NCBI GenBank assembly: GCA_041821565.1
Contig: JBGUEB010000001.1
Location: 1-57,023 of the forward strand
DNA length: 57,023 bases
Direction: 5' to 3'
DNA from: Gammaproteobacteria bacterium
GTDB lineage: Bacteria > Pseudomonadota > Gammaproteobacteria > GCA-001735895
The position numbers and the translations under genes were made by a program. The notes beneath the pieces are model-generated. The model saw only the letters and a program-made list of their open reading frames with translations, was not told where the DNA came from and made no database searches. Below, in pieces: positions 48,829 to 57,023 of the stretch. How positions within the stretch are numbered: the first letter of the stretch is position 1; each line of letters begins with the position of its first letter.

Positions 48829-49489
48829 TTCATTGAAAATATCGGCACTGGAGACGGCGGCACAAAATTTTAATGCCCTCACGTTAAGGGAGCGGGTCCT
48901 GTTTGTCTTCACCATCCTGGTCTCGATCTCTGTTGTGTGGTGGTATTTCTACGTCGAGCCAATGCAGCTTAAGACTAAATCCCTGGTCAAAGAAAATAAT
49001 AGAATCAGCAATGAAATTGTAATCACGCGCAGAACCATAAATGATATTCGAAGCAGGATTGCGCAAGGCGTGGACCAGGATAAAACCCGAAAACTGGCAC
49101 AACTTGAGCTTGCGCTGGAAGCGGTGGATGAACGTTTGCGACTCAAAACAATAGAGTTGATTGACCCCGAGCAGATGTTTCAATTAATGACCCGTCTTGT
49201 TTACAAGGAATCTAAATTGAAATTGCTCAGCCTAAAAAGGCGCGAGGTAAAACAGGCAATAACGCCGAGTGAAAATCAGCCGGACGAAGCTGGCATATAC
49301 AGACATGTGCTCGAGGTTAAATTCTCTGGTAAATTTCTGGATATACTGAAATATATGCAATCGCTTGAAAAACTCGACTGGAAATTAATTTGGGATGAAA
49401 TAGAAATTATTACGGATGAATATCCACGTATCACAGTCAAGGTAGTGATTTCGACCTTAAGTACGCGCAAGGAATGGGTCGGTGTTTAG
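48821..49489 (+). CDS. mshJ: MSHA biogenesis protein MshJ (PilO-like)
   Basis: One TM segment plus coiled coil. Position in the locus. ATG at 48821 overlaps the upstream ORF. Confidence 0.55.
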   Translation: MNNSLKISALETAAQNFNALTLRERVLFVFTILVSISVVWWYFYVEPMQLKTKSLVKENNRISNEIVITRRTINDIRSRIAQGVDQDKTRKLAQLELALEAVDERLRLKTIELIDPEQMFQLMTRLVYKESKLKLLSLKRREVKQAITPSENQPDEAGIYRHVLEVKFSGKFLDILKYMQSLEKLDWKLIWDEIEIITDEYPRITVKVVISTLSTRKEWVGV

Positions 49490-49937
49490 GCTGCTTCTAA
49501 ATATTTGCTTTCTCCCTGGCACTGGAGCAAATCATGCTCGCGACCGCAAGATTGGCATAGTCACTATTGCCTCGCTTCTGGTGCTGCAGTTCGGCCCTGG
49601 ACAGGCCGCCGAAATCAAGGACCCAATGCGGCCGCCGGAATATGCGCTGCAAAAATTTCGTCTGGGAAAATATAAAAATTCGACTAAACCGGTGATAGCG
49701 GTAAAAATGCCCGAAGTCAAATCAATGAAGCTGACTTCAATTATATATTCACCGACTCGCAAGATAGCGATTATTGATGATCAGATGCTGAGCGTGGGTG
49801 GTATTATCAATGGTGCAAAGCTTGTCAGAATAGACAAACATGGCGCTCGTCTGGTTCGAAAAGGAAAAGTGATTCATTTGCGTTTGCCCGATGATTTGAC
49901 CGCGGTTAAGAAAACTCTTGTTGAGAGTGATACATGA
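49482..49937 (+). CDS. mshK: MSHA biogenesis protein MshK-like
   Basis: Small secreted protein between the mshJ- and mshL-like genes. Start uncertain (GTG at 49482). Confidence 0.45.
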   Translation: MFRLLLNICFLPGTGANHARDRKIGIVTIASLLVLQFGPGQAAEIKDPMRPPEYALQKFRLGKYKNSTKPVIAVKMPEVKSMKLTSIIYSPTRKIAIIDDQMLSVGGIINGAKLVRIDKHGARLVRKGKVIHLRLPDDLTAVKKTLVESDT

Positions 49938-51601
49938 TTAGGCCCCTTTTACTGATTCTATGCCTGTTATTTCTGGTGTCATGTGCGCCAAAAAATGTGG
50001 TAGAAAATACAAAACAAACCACGCAAAGCATTGCCGACGCAATGACAGAAGCTGGTGCGGTAATCATTGCCGATAACGAAGCGCCTTCGGACGATATTCT
50101 TGATGAACTGCTTCCAGGTAGTGGTATTGGCGTACCTGGCCTCATCGAAGATATTAAACAGGAAACCGCGTTCGATATGTCGGTTTCAAATGCCCCTGCA
50201 AAGTTATTTTTCATGAGTCTGGTTAGAGATACTGATATCAACATGGTGGTTCACCCCAGTGTCGAGGGTGAAATATCCCTGGATCTCAAAAATGTAACTG
50301 TGCGAGAGGTATTGGCCCTGACTCGTGAAGTTTATGGGTATGAATTTAAGGAATCCAACTCTGGATTTATAGTTTTACCGGCAAAAATTCAGTCAAAGAT
50401 TTTTACCGTGGATTACCTGAATGTGAATCGCAAGGGCGAGTCACTTATGTGGGTTAACTCGGGCCAGGTGAGTAGTACTGAGGTCCGGGATAATTCTGGC
50501 ATCGGTTCGTCAACGACGAAGACGAGATCGGATAACACCCAGTCGAGTAGCATAAACACTTCCATTACTTCCAACTTCTGGTTTGATTTACGCCAGACAT
50601 TGATAATGATTATCGGTGAAGGAAAGGATCGCTCGGTAATTGTTGACCCCAATTCCGGTCTCGTCGTGGTCCGTGCAATGCCGGGAGAATTGCGCGATGT
50701 TGAAGACTACCTGAGTCACGCCCAGGATAATTTACAACGCCAGGTTATTCTCGAGGCCAAGATTATTGAGGTCGTGTTGAATGATAGTTTCCAGTCTGGC
50801 ATCGACTGGAAGGCATTATCTTCAAGCGGTGAGGTAGGGGCACTTACGACAGGTGTTCTCAATGACCGAAACATAATACTTGATGGCGGCCTGTTTGAAA
50901 ATATTCAAATACCTAAAAATTCTGACACCACCAATATGTTTGCGGTAGGTGTAGATACCGCCGATTTCACCGGCCTGATACGCTTGTTGAGTACCCAGGG
51001 TGAGGTGCAGGTGCTTTCCAGTCCTCGAGTTTCTACAGTTAATAATCAAAAAGCGGTGATAAAAGTTGGTACGGATGAATTCTTTGTAACCGATGTATCG
51101 AGCAACTCAAACGCAAATATATCTGGAACCACTTTTAGCCCGGATATTACCCTGACCCCATTTTTTTCGGGTATTGCGCTTGATGTGACACCGCAAATCA
51201 GCGAAGACGGTCATATTATTTTACATATGCATCCAAGCATTAGTGATGTCCAGGATCAGAACAAGGAGATTCTCCTCGGTGAAACACAGCTGGTGCTGCC
51301 TCTGGCGCTAAGCACGATACGAGAGTCGGACTCTGTTGTCAGGGCGCAAAGCGGACAGGTAATAGTAGTGGGTGGATTGATGGAAAATATTAGCCAGGAT
51401 GAGGACGCAGGTCTGCCAGGCGTAAGCGATGTTCCGGGTGTAGGAGTGCTGTTTAAACAGCAGAACCAGCAAAATAGACGAACTGAACTGGTAATTCTAC
51501 TGAGGCCATTAGTAGTAGATACAAATAAAACCTGGTCAAAATATATCAACAAGAGCGCCGGCAGGATTGAAAAGTTGAAATACGATACCGAAGGTGAGTA
51601 A
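49934..51601 (+). CDS. mshL: MSHA secretin MshL (GspD/PilQ superfamily lipoprotein)
   Basis: 555 aa. Lipobox 'LVSC' and C-terminal secretin domain ('VLSSPRVSTVNNQKA.I.VG', 'PGV.D.P..G.LF'). Confidence 0.85.
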   Translation: MIRPLLLILCLLFLVSCAPKNVVENTKQTTQSIADAMTEAGAVIIADNEAPSDDILDELLPGSGIGVPGLIEDIKQETAFDMSVSNAPAKLFFMSLVRDTDINMVVHPSVEGEISLDLKNVTVREVLALTREVYGYEFKESNSGFIVLPAKIQSKIFTVDYLNVNRKGESLMWVNSGQVSSTEVRDNSGIGSSTTKTRSDNTQSSSINTSITSNFWFDLRQTLIMIIGEGKDRSVIVDPNSGLVVVRAMPGELRDVEDYLSHAQDNLQRQVILEAKIIEVVLNDSFQSGIDWKALSSSGEVGALTTGVLNDRNIILDGGLFENIQIPKNSDTTNMFAVGVDTADFTGLIRLLSTQGEVQVLSSPRVSTVNNQKAVIKVGTDEFFVTDVSSNSNANISGTTFSPDITLTPFFSGIALDVTPQISEDGHIILHMHPSISDVQDQNKEILLGETQLVLPLALSTIRESDSVVRAQSGQVIVVGGLMENISQDEDAGLPGVSDVPGVGVLFKQQNQQNRRTELVILLRPLVVDTNKTWSKYINKSAGRIEKLKYDTEGE

Positions 51602-52506
51602 TGTACGAACAATACTATGGCCTGTCCGAAAAACCTTTCAGTTTAACGCCTGATACTGATTTTTTTTACCAGAGTATTACCCACCAGGAGGCGCTCAACG
51701 TGCTACTGGTGGCAATCAGGTCCGGTGATGGATTCATCAAGGTGACCGGTGAAGTCGGTACCGGCAAAACCCTGATTTGCCGTAAGCTACTCGACGCCCT
51801 CGATACAGAATACAATACTGTTTACATCCCGAATCCCTATATGAGTTGCAATGCTTTGCTCGATGCAGTGGTGGCGGAAATGGGTATTAGCGATAAACTG
51901 GATAAAGAAAATTATCTCGCCTGCATCAATGAATACCTGATCGATTCGGCCCGGCAGTCAAAAACGACTGTGATCATCCTCGACGAGGCGCAGTCTTTGC
52001 CGGAAGAAAGCCTCGAAGCGATACGTCTGTTGAGCAATCTCGAAACTGAAAAGAAAAAACTGGTGCAAATTATACTTTTTGGCCAGCCCGAATTGGACGA
52101 AAAACTTGGCCGGAGTAGCATCCGCCAGTTGCAGCAACGAATTATGCATGCCTATCAATTGAAACCATTGAATCAATCATCGATTAACGCCTATATTCAT
52201 CATCGTATTCGATCGGCAGGTTATACCGGTCCTGAACTGTTTGATGCGGCTGCCCAAAGCCTGTTATTCAAGATAAGCCACGGTGTACCACGGGTGATAA
52301 ACGTGCTCTGCAACAAGGCGATGATGCTGTCCTATGCCAGCGGTGACTTTCATGTTCATAAAAGCCACATCGAGGCGGCCGCACTCGACAGCAAAGTTAG
52401 TGTGCCGGCCCAGTCTTCCTCTGGTCATAGTCATCACTATGGGCGGCAAATTGCGATGTTGAGTCTGGTAATCGCCGCGGTATTTATGGCGGGAAGTTTT
52501 CAGTGA
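51601..52506 (+). CDS. mshM: MSHA biogenesis AAA ATPase MshM (ExeA-like)
   Basis: 301 aa. Walker A 'GEVGTGKT' and Walker B 'IILDEAQ'. Confidence 0.8.
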   Translation: MYEQYYGLSEKPFSLTPDTDFFYQSITHQEALNVLLVAIRSGDGFIKVTGEVGTGKTLICRKLLDALDTEYNTVYIPNPYMSCNALLDAVVAEMGISDKLDKENYLACINEYLIDSARQSKTTVIILDEAQSLPEESLEAIRLLSNLETEKKKLVQIILFGQPELDEKLGRSSIRQLQQRIMHAYQLKPLNQSSINAYIHHRIRSAGYTGPELFDAAAQSLLFKISHGVPRVINVLCNKAMMLSYASGDFHVHKSHIEAAALDSKVSVPAQSSSGHSHHYGRQIAMLSLVIAAVFMAGSFQ

Positions 52507-53837
52507 GCATCATCAATAATGTGTTAAAAGACCTGGAAGCTCGACCCAGTCGGTTTGTGCCGATTGAAATTGCCTCGGTAGAGACAGCCGTTAGGGGTCA
52601 GGTCAAATCCACCAAAACACAGACAATTCTACTGGTGTTGGTTCTGTTGACGGGGGCGCTGGCTTACTGGTTTTTCCAGATACATCAGGATTCTGACGCA
52701 TTTGTCAGCCAGGCTGAGGCGATTGTCGATACCCCTACTACTCCGGTACCCTTAGCCGCCGCGATCGAACCGGTTACTCCGGTTAACCAGATCATTGATT
52801 TACAGATTAGTGAATCCGCCGAAAATATGAGTCTCGAGTTTTCGTTACAGACGAAGGTGATTTCTTATCTGAAAGAACGTGGCGAAAACAGCTTTGTGTA
52901 TTTCCTGAAAGATATTCGCAGTGAGATAGTAGCACCTGTGATTAACAATAACCGCTGGATTGAACAGCTCTCTATAAGCACCCTTGATGGAGGCATCGAG
53001 GTAAGCTTCCACACTGCCCCGGGAGTGCTGGTGGAAACACGGCAGCAGCCGGGGGGCGACACGCAAATATGGGCGATCAAGTTGAAGAAACCACCAGCAC
53101 CGATAGTGGTGACAAAGGATGCTGAAACTCCGATCAAGACTGTAGTCGAGCCACCGTCAGTTAAACCCTTGCCAGCAATAACGGTCGATACCAATGTGGA
53201 CCCTAAAATTGAAGTCGAAGCAGCCGAGCAACCAAAGGCGGTAAAACTTGATATTAAATCGAGTACCCCGGAGTTGACCGATAACGAGAAGTTACAAAAG
53301 GCCATCGATCTGCAAAAAAGACGACGCTGGCAGCAGGCGGAAACCGTATTGAAGTCATTAATTGATGGTACCGAAGATCTGGGTGCGCGTCAGAATTTGC
53401 TTTCGTTATACGAGTATCGGCAACAGGCGGGAAACTATTCGAGACTATTGCAGGAGTCTATCGATCTTTATCCACAGCAGCCAATATTCAAGACCAGATT
53501 TGCGCGCTCGCTGTACAAAACCGGTGACTATGCGGTGGTGATTGAATACCTGCAAAATACAGATAACGCGGACGCGATCCAGCTTGCCCTCATTGCCGCG
53601 AGTTATCAGCGCCTGGATCAACATGCAAAAGCGATCGAGTATTATCGGCAATCACTCGATAAAGAAAATCGGGATGCGAAAAACTGGATTGGTCTCGGTA
53701 TATCACAGGAACACACGGCCCAGTTAAAAGATGCCCTGCGGTCGTATCGTATCGCAGCCAGGCTCGGCAATACTAGTGCTCGACTACAGGCGTTCGTCGA
53801 AAAACGGATCGGCCAGCTCGTCAAGGCTATCAACTGA
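52503..53837 (+). CDS. mshN: MSHA biogenesis TPR protein MshN
   Basis: 444 aa. 'MSIINNVLKDLE' N-terminus, a TM segment and C-terminal TPR repeats. Confidence 0.65.
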   Translation: MSIINNVLKDLEARPSRFVPIEIASVETAVRGQVKSTKTQTILLVLVLLTGALAYWFFQIHQDSDAFVSQAEAIVDTPTTPVPLAAAIEPVTPVNQIIDLQISESAENMSLEFSLQTKVISYLKERGENSFVYFLKDIRSEIVAPVINNNRWIEQLSISTLDGGIEVSFHTAPGVLVETRQQPGGDTQIWAIKLKKPPAPIVVTKDAETPIKTVVEPPSVKPLPAITVDTNVDPKIEVEAAEQPKAVKLDIKSSTPELTDNEKLQKAIDLQKRRRWQQAETVLKSLIDGTEDLGARQNLLSLYEYRQQAGNYSRLLQESIDLYPQQPIFKTRFARSLYKTGDYAVVIEYLQNTDNADAIQLALIAASYQRLDQHAKAIEYYRQSLDKENRDAKNWIGLGISQEHTAQLKDALRSYRIAARLGNTSARLQAFVEKRIGQLVKAIN

Positions 53838-55573
53838 TGGCTTTTGCTAAAAAAATTCGGCTTGGCGATTTACTGGTTGAAAAAAACCTGATCACCGGGG
53901 ACCAGTTGCAACTCGCGATAAGCGAGCAAAAGAAACTCGGCCGCAACCTCGGCAGCACTTTGGTCGAATTGGGTATGATCGACGAAAACAGCCTGCTCAA
54001 CCTGGTATCCAGTCAGCTCGGAATACCGCTCATAGATTTTAATAACTACCATTATAGTGATGACGTCGCCAAGCTATTGCCCGAGGTAATAGCGCGGCGT
54101 TATCGTGCCATAGTGCTCGAGGACCGGGGTAAAGACTACCTGGTTGGCATGGTTGACCCTACCGATATTTATGCACTCGACGAAATCCAGGGCAAGCTCA
54201 GCAAGCCTGTCAGCCAGGCCATCGTACGTGAGGCCGCCCTGCTTGAAAATTTCGACCTGATCTATCGTCGTACCGAGGAAATTAGCGCACTCGCCGAAGA
54301 ACTGGGGCAGGACTTATCCGAGAGCGGTGTCGATCTTGACGATTTGCTGCAGGTCGAGATGACCGATGCGCCGGTGGCAAAGTTGCTACGTTCTATCTTT
54401 GAGGATGCGGTGCAAATTGGTGCATCGGATATTCATATCGAACCCGATAAAAACGTCATTCGAATTCGCCAGCGTATCGACGGTGTGCTTTACGAGCAGG
54501 TAATGAAAGAAACGCAGATTGCACCGGCGGTGGTAGTGCGACTTAAACTCATGTCGAATTTAAATATTTCGGAAAAGCGTCTGCCGCAGGATGGTCGTTT
54601 CAACATGGTGGTTAAAAAGCGAGAAATCGATGTGCGTTTATCGACCATGCCGGTACAGTACGGTGAATCGGTGGTAATGCGCATACTCGACCAGACCAGG
54701 GGAGCACTGGATATCGAAAAACTGGGCATGCCAGCGGAGATGCTGCATCGATTCCGTAAGAATTTCCACCTTCCGAATGGCATGATCCTGGTGACCGGGC
54801 CGACCGGTAGCGGTAAGACAACTACCCTGTATGCAGCATTGAAAGAACTCAACCTGGCCGCGTCCAAGATTATCACCGTTGAAGATCCGGTGGAATACCG
54901 GCTCGAACGCGTCAACCAGGTCCAGGTGAATCCGAAAATCGGTCTCAATTTCGCCAATATATTAAGATCTGCGTTACGCCAGGATCCGGATATCATCATG
55001 GTCGGTGAAATGCGTGATACCGAGACTGTCGAGATCGGTGTCGGTGCGGCGATGACTGGTCACCTGGTACTGTCCACACTGCATACCAACGACACCGTAT
55101 CGACCGCGACGCGCCTGATGGATATGGGGGTCGAGGGATATTTACTGGCGGCTACGCTACGTACCATCATTGCCCAGCGGCTGGTGCGCAAAGTTTGTAA
55201 AAGTTGCGCCGAAGATTATACGCCCGACGCATTTGAAGCTGGCTGGTTGCGTGAGGCTTTGGGCGTTAATGTTGCCGAGCATAAATACCTGCAGAGCCCC
55301 GGCTGCCAGCAATGCGGTATGACGGGCTACCAGGGTCGAATGGGTGTGTTTGAATTGCTCGATATGACCGCTGAACTCGCCGAGAAACTGCGTAACGATG
55401 ATTCACAGGGTTTTGTCGACGAAGCTCTAAAGACTCCTGGCTATGAACCCCTGGTCAGCGTCGCCCATGCGCACGCGAGCCAGGGTTTAACTACCATCGA
55501 AGAAGTGTTGCGCCTCGCCGGCCAGTTGCGTGATGAGGTTATCGATGAAGTGGCCTCCGCAGCCGAGGCCTAG
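53837..55573 (+). CDS. mshE: MSHA pilus assembly ATPase MshE (GspE family, with c-di-GMP-binding MshEN-type N-terminus)
   Basis: 578 aa. 'RLGDLLVEKNLITGDQLQLAISEQ' fits the MshEN motif. Walker A 'GPTGSGKTTT'. Tetracysteine 'CKSC...C..C'. Confidence 0.9.
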   Translation: MAFAKKIRLGDLLVEKNLITGDQLQLAISEQKKLGRNLGSTLVELGMIDENSLLNLVSSQLGIPLIDFNNYHYSDDVAKLLPEVIARRYRAIVLEDRGKDYLVGMVDPTDIYALDEIQGKLSKPVSQAIVREAALLENFDLIYRRTEEISALAEELGQDLSESGVDLDDLLQVEMTDAPVAKLLRSIFEDAVQIGASDIHIEPDKNVIRIRQRIDGVLYEQVMKETQIAPAVVVRLKLMSNLNISEKRLPQDGRFNMVVKKREIDVRLSTMPVQYGESVVMRILDQTRGALDIEKLGMPAEMLHRFRKNFHLPNGMILVTGPTGSGKTTTLYAALKELNLAASKIITVEDPVEYRLERVNQVQVNPKIGLNFANILRSALRQDPDIIMVGEMRDTETVEIGVGAAMTGHLVLSTLHTNDTVSTATRLMDMGVEGYLLAATLRTIIAQRLVRKVCKSCAEDYTPDAFEAGWLREALGVNVAEHKYLQSPGCQQCGMTGYQGRMGVFELLDMTAELAEKLRNDDSQGFVDEALKTPGYEPLVSVAHAHASQGLTTIEEVLRLAGQLRDEVIDEVASAAEA

Positions 55574-55582
55574 GCCGGAGCC

Positions 55583-56806
55583 ATGCCAAACTACGCATAC
55601 ACGGGCAGGGGCAGCAATGGACAGCGGGTCGACGGTGAAATAGAGGGTAGCAATAATACCGCGGTCGCAAACATGCTCGTCGATCAGGGCGTAACGCCGA
55701 TATCGATCACCGAGAAAAAACCGCAAAGCGACGTTATCGCGACAATCAACGAAAAATTTGGCCTGTACCAGGTCAGTATCGAAGAATTACTCATGTTTAC
55801 ACGCCAGATGAGTGGCCTCACCAAGGCCGGAATCCCGATAACGCGTGCGATCGCGGGGGTTCTCGAATCGATACAAAATCCACTCATGGTCAAGGCGTTA
55901 CGCGACATCTTCGAGCAACTCGAATCAGGCCGGAGTCTGTCGGTTAGCTTTGCCCGCCATCCGAAGGTATTTTCAAATCTTTATGTGAGCATTATCCAGA
56001 TCGGCGAAAGCACTGGCCGGCTCGATGAATCCTTCGCCTTGATGGGCGAATACATCGATCGTAACCGCCGCATCACGAATAATATCAAAACCGCATTGCG
56101 CTATCCGATCACCGTACTAATCGCGATCGCAATTGCGATGGTCATCGTTAATTTGTTCGTGATCCCCAAGTTCGCGATATTTTTTGAAAAAAACCAGTTG
56201 GAGTTGCCGTGGCAGACCTTGTTCTTGTTGAGTACCTCTAATTTTTTTGTAGAATACTGGATTTACATGTTGGGTCTGATAGTCGGTGGTTTCCTCGCTT
56301 TCAGGCGTTACATCAATACCCCGAAGGGCAAACTCTGGTGGCATAGACTCATCATCAAGGCGCCGATAATTGGTGAAATCTTACACCGTGCATTTATGGC
56401 ACGATTCGCGCGCTCCTTCTCGATGGCTTACAGTGCAGGCGTGCCGATCGTACAGGCGATGGGCGTGATTTCGCGCTCGATTGGTAACGCCTATATTTCG
56501 AGTCATGTGGATGGCATGCGTGAAGGCATCGAAAGTGGCGAGACACTGACGCGAACCGCACACAAGACAGGCATGTTCACACCGGTGGTGATGCAAATGT
56601 TCGCGGTCGGTGAAGAAGCGGGCAACCTCGATGAAATGATGGTCTATATCGCCGACTTTTACGAGGAAGAAGTAGACTACGACGTAAAAACCCTGGCCGA
56701 TAAAATTGAACCGCTAATTTACGTCGCTATGGGCGCGATGGTATTGATACTCGCGCTGGGTATATTCGTGCCCATGTGGGATGTAGCGCAGCTCGCGGGC
56801 CGATGA
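55583..56806 (+). CDS. mshG: MSHA pilus platform protein MshG (GspF/PilC family)
   Basis: 407 aa with two GspF repeats and three TM segments. Confidence 0.88.
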   Translation: MPNYAYTGRGSNGQRVDGEIEGSNNTAVANMLVDQGVTPISITEKKPQSDVIATINEKFGLYQVSIEELLMFTRQMSGLTKAGIPITRAIAGVLESIQNPLMVKALRDIFEQLESGRSLSVSFARHPKVFSNLYVSIIQIGESTGRLDESFALMGEYIDRNRRITNNIKTALRYPITVLIAIAIAMVIVNLFVIPKFAIFFEKNQLELPWQTLFLLSTSNFFVEYWIYMLGLIVGGFLAFRRYINTPKGKLWWHRLIIKAPIIGEILHRAFMARFARSFSMAYSAGVPIVQAMGVISRSIGNAYISSHVDGMREGIESGETLTRTAHKTGMFTPVVMQMFAVGEEAGNLDEMMVYIADFYEEEVDYDVKTLADKIEPLIYVAMGAMVLILALGIFVPMWDVAQLAGR

Positions 56807-57023
56807 AACAAATCGGCACCCCTCCCGGGGCTTTAAAATTCAGGCTTACCACCATCGTCATCCTGGTGCTTATTTTCATGCTAGCCTTTTTGAATTACAC
56901 CAACGGAATCTCGGCTTCGTTCGAAAAGGTCTCCATTCAGCAAACTAAGAACATCATAAATAGTACCCTTGCTGTCGTCTTTTCTACTTATACCGTAAAG
57001 GGCGAGCTGGGGTATTTGAACGA
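56803..57023 (+). CDS. MshF-like small membrane protein (3'-truncated by window edge)
   Basis: Own translation: ATGA overlap with the mshG stop, 'MKQIGTPPGALKFRLTTIVILVLIFMLAFLNY...', open to the end of the window. Named from locus position only. Confidence 0.4.
   Translation, partial: MKQIGTPPGALKFRLTTIVILVLIFMLAFLNYTNGISASFEKVSIQQTKNIINSTLAVVFSTYTVKGELGYLN

Overview
The window looks like a gammaproteobacterial chromosome segment. All calls come from reading the sequence and recognising motifs and synteny from memory; no database search was run. Most of it is conserved housekeeping DNA in a Pseudomonas-like order: esterase, argH, algZ/algR-like two-component pair, hemCDXY, then mnmG-rsmG-parAB-atpIBEFHAGDC-glmU-glmS, then yibQ-like/ctpA/envC, rhodanese-secB-gpsA and trmL. 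The right end carries an MSHA-type type IV pilus biogenesis locus (mshI to mshF, cut by the window edge). The most notable region is the left 4.7 kb. It appears to be a decayed chromosomal integron: an integron-integrase pseudogene (internal deletion plus a 64-nt palindromic insertion that shifts the frame) and, on its 5' side, at least five opposite-strand gene cassettes. The cassettes are separated by four copies of a 58-59 bp attC-like imperfect palindrome that shows compensatory stem substitutions. Cassette cargo is a SAM-methyltransferase, a divergent DapB paralogue, an RRM protein plus a DUF2132 protein, an OsmC-family protein and one unknown ORF. The second candidate is a tightly coupled four-gene operon near betC: KGSADH-like aldehyde dehydrogenase, M19 dipeptidase, an unrecognisable 567-aa protein and a DUF3726-like protein. 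The intergenic DNA also holds several distinct palindromic or MITE/REP-like elements and short tandem repeats. No rRNA, tRNA or CRISPR array was seen.
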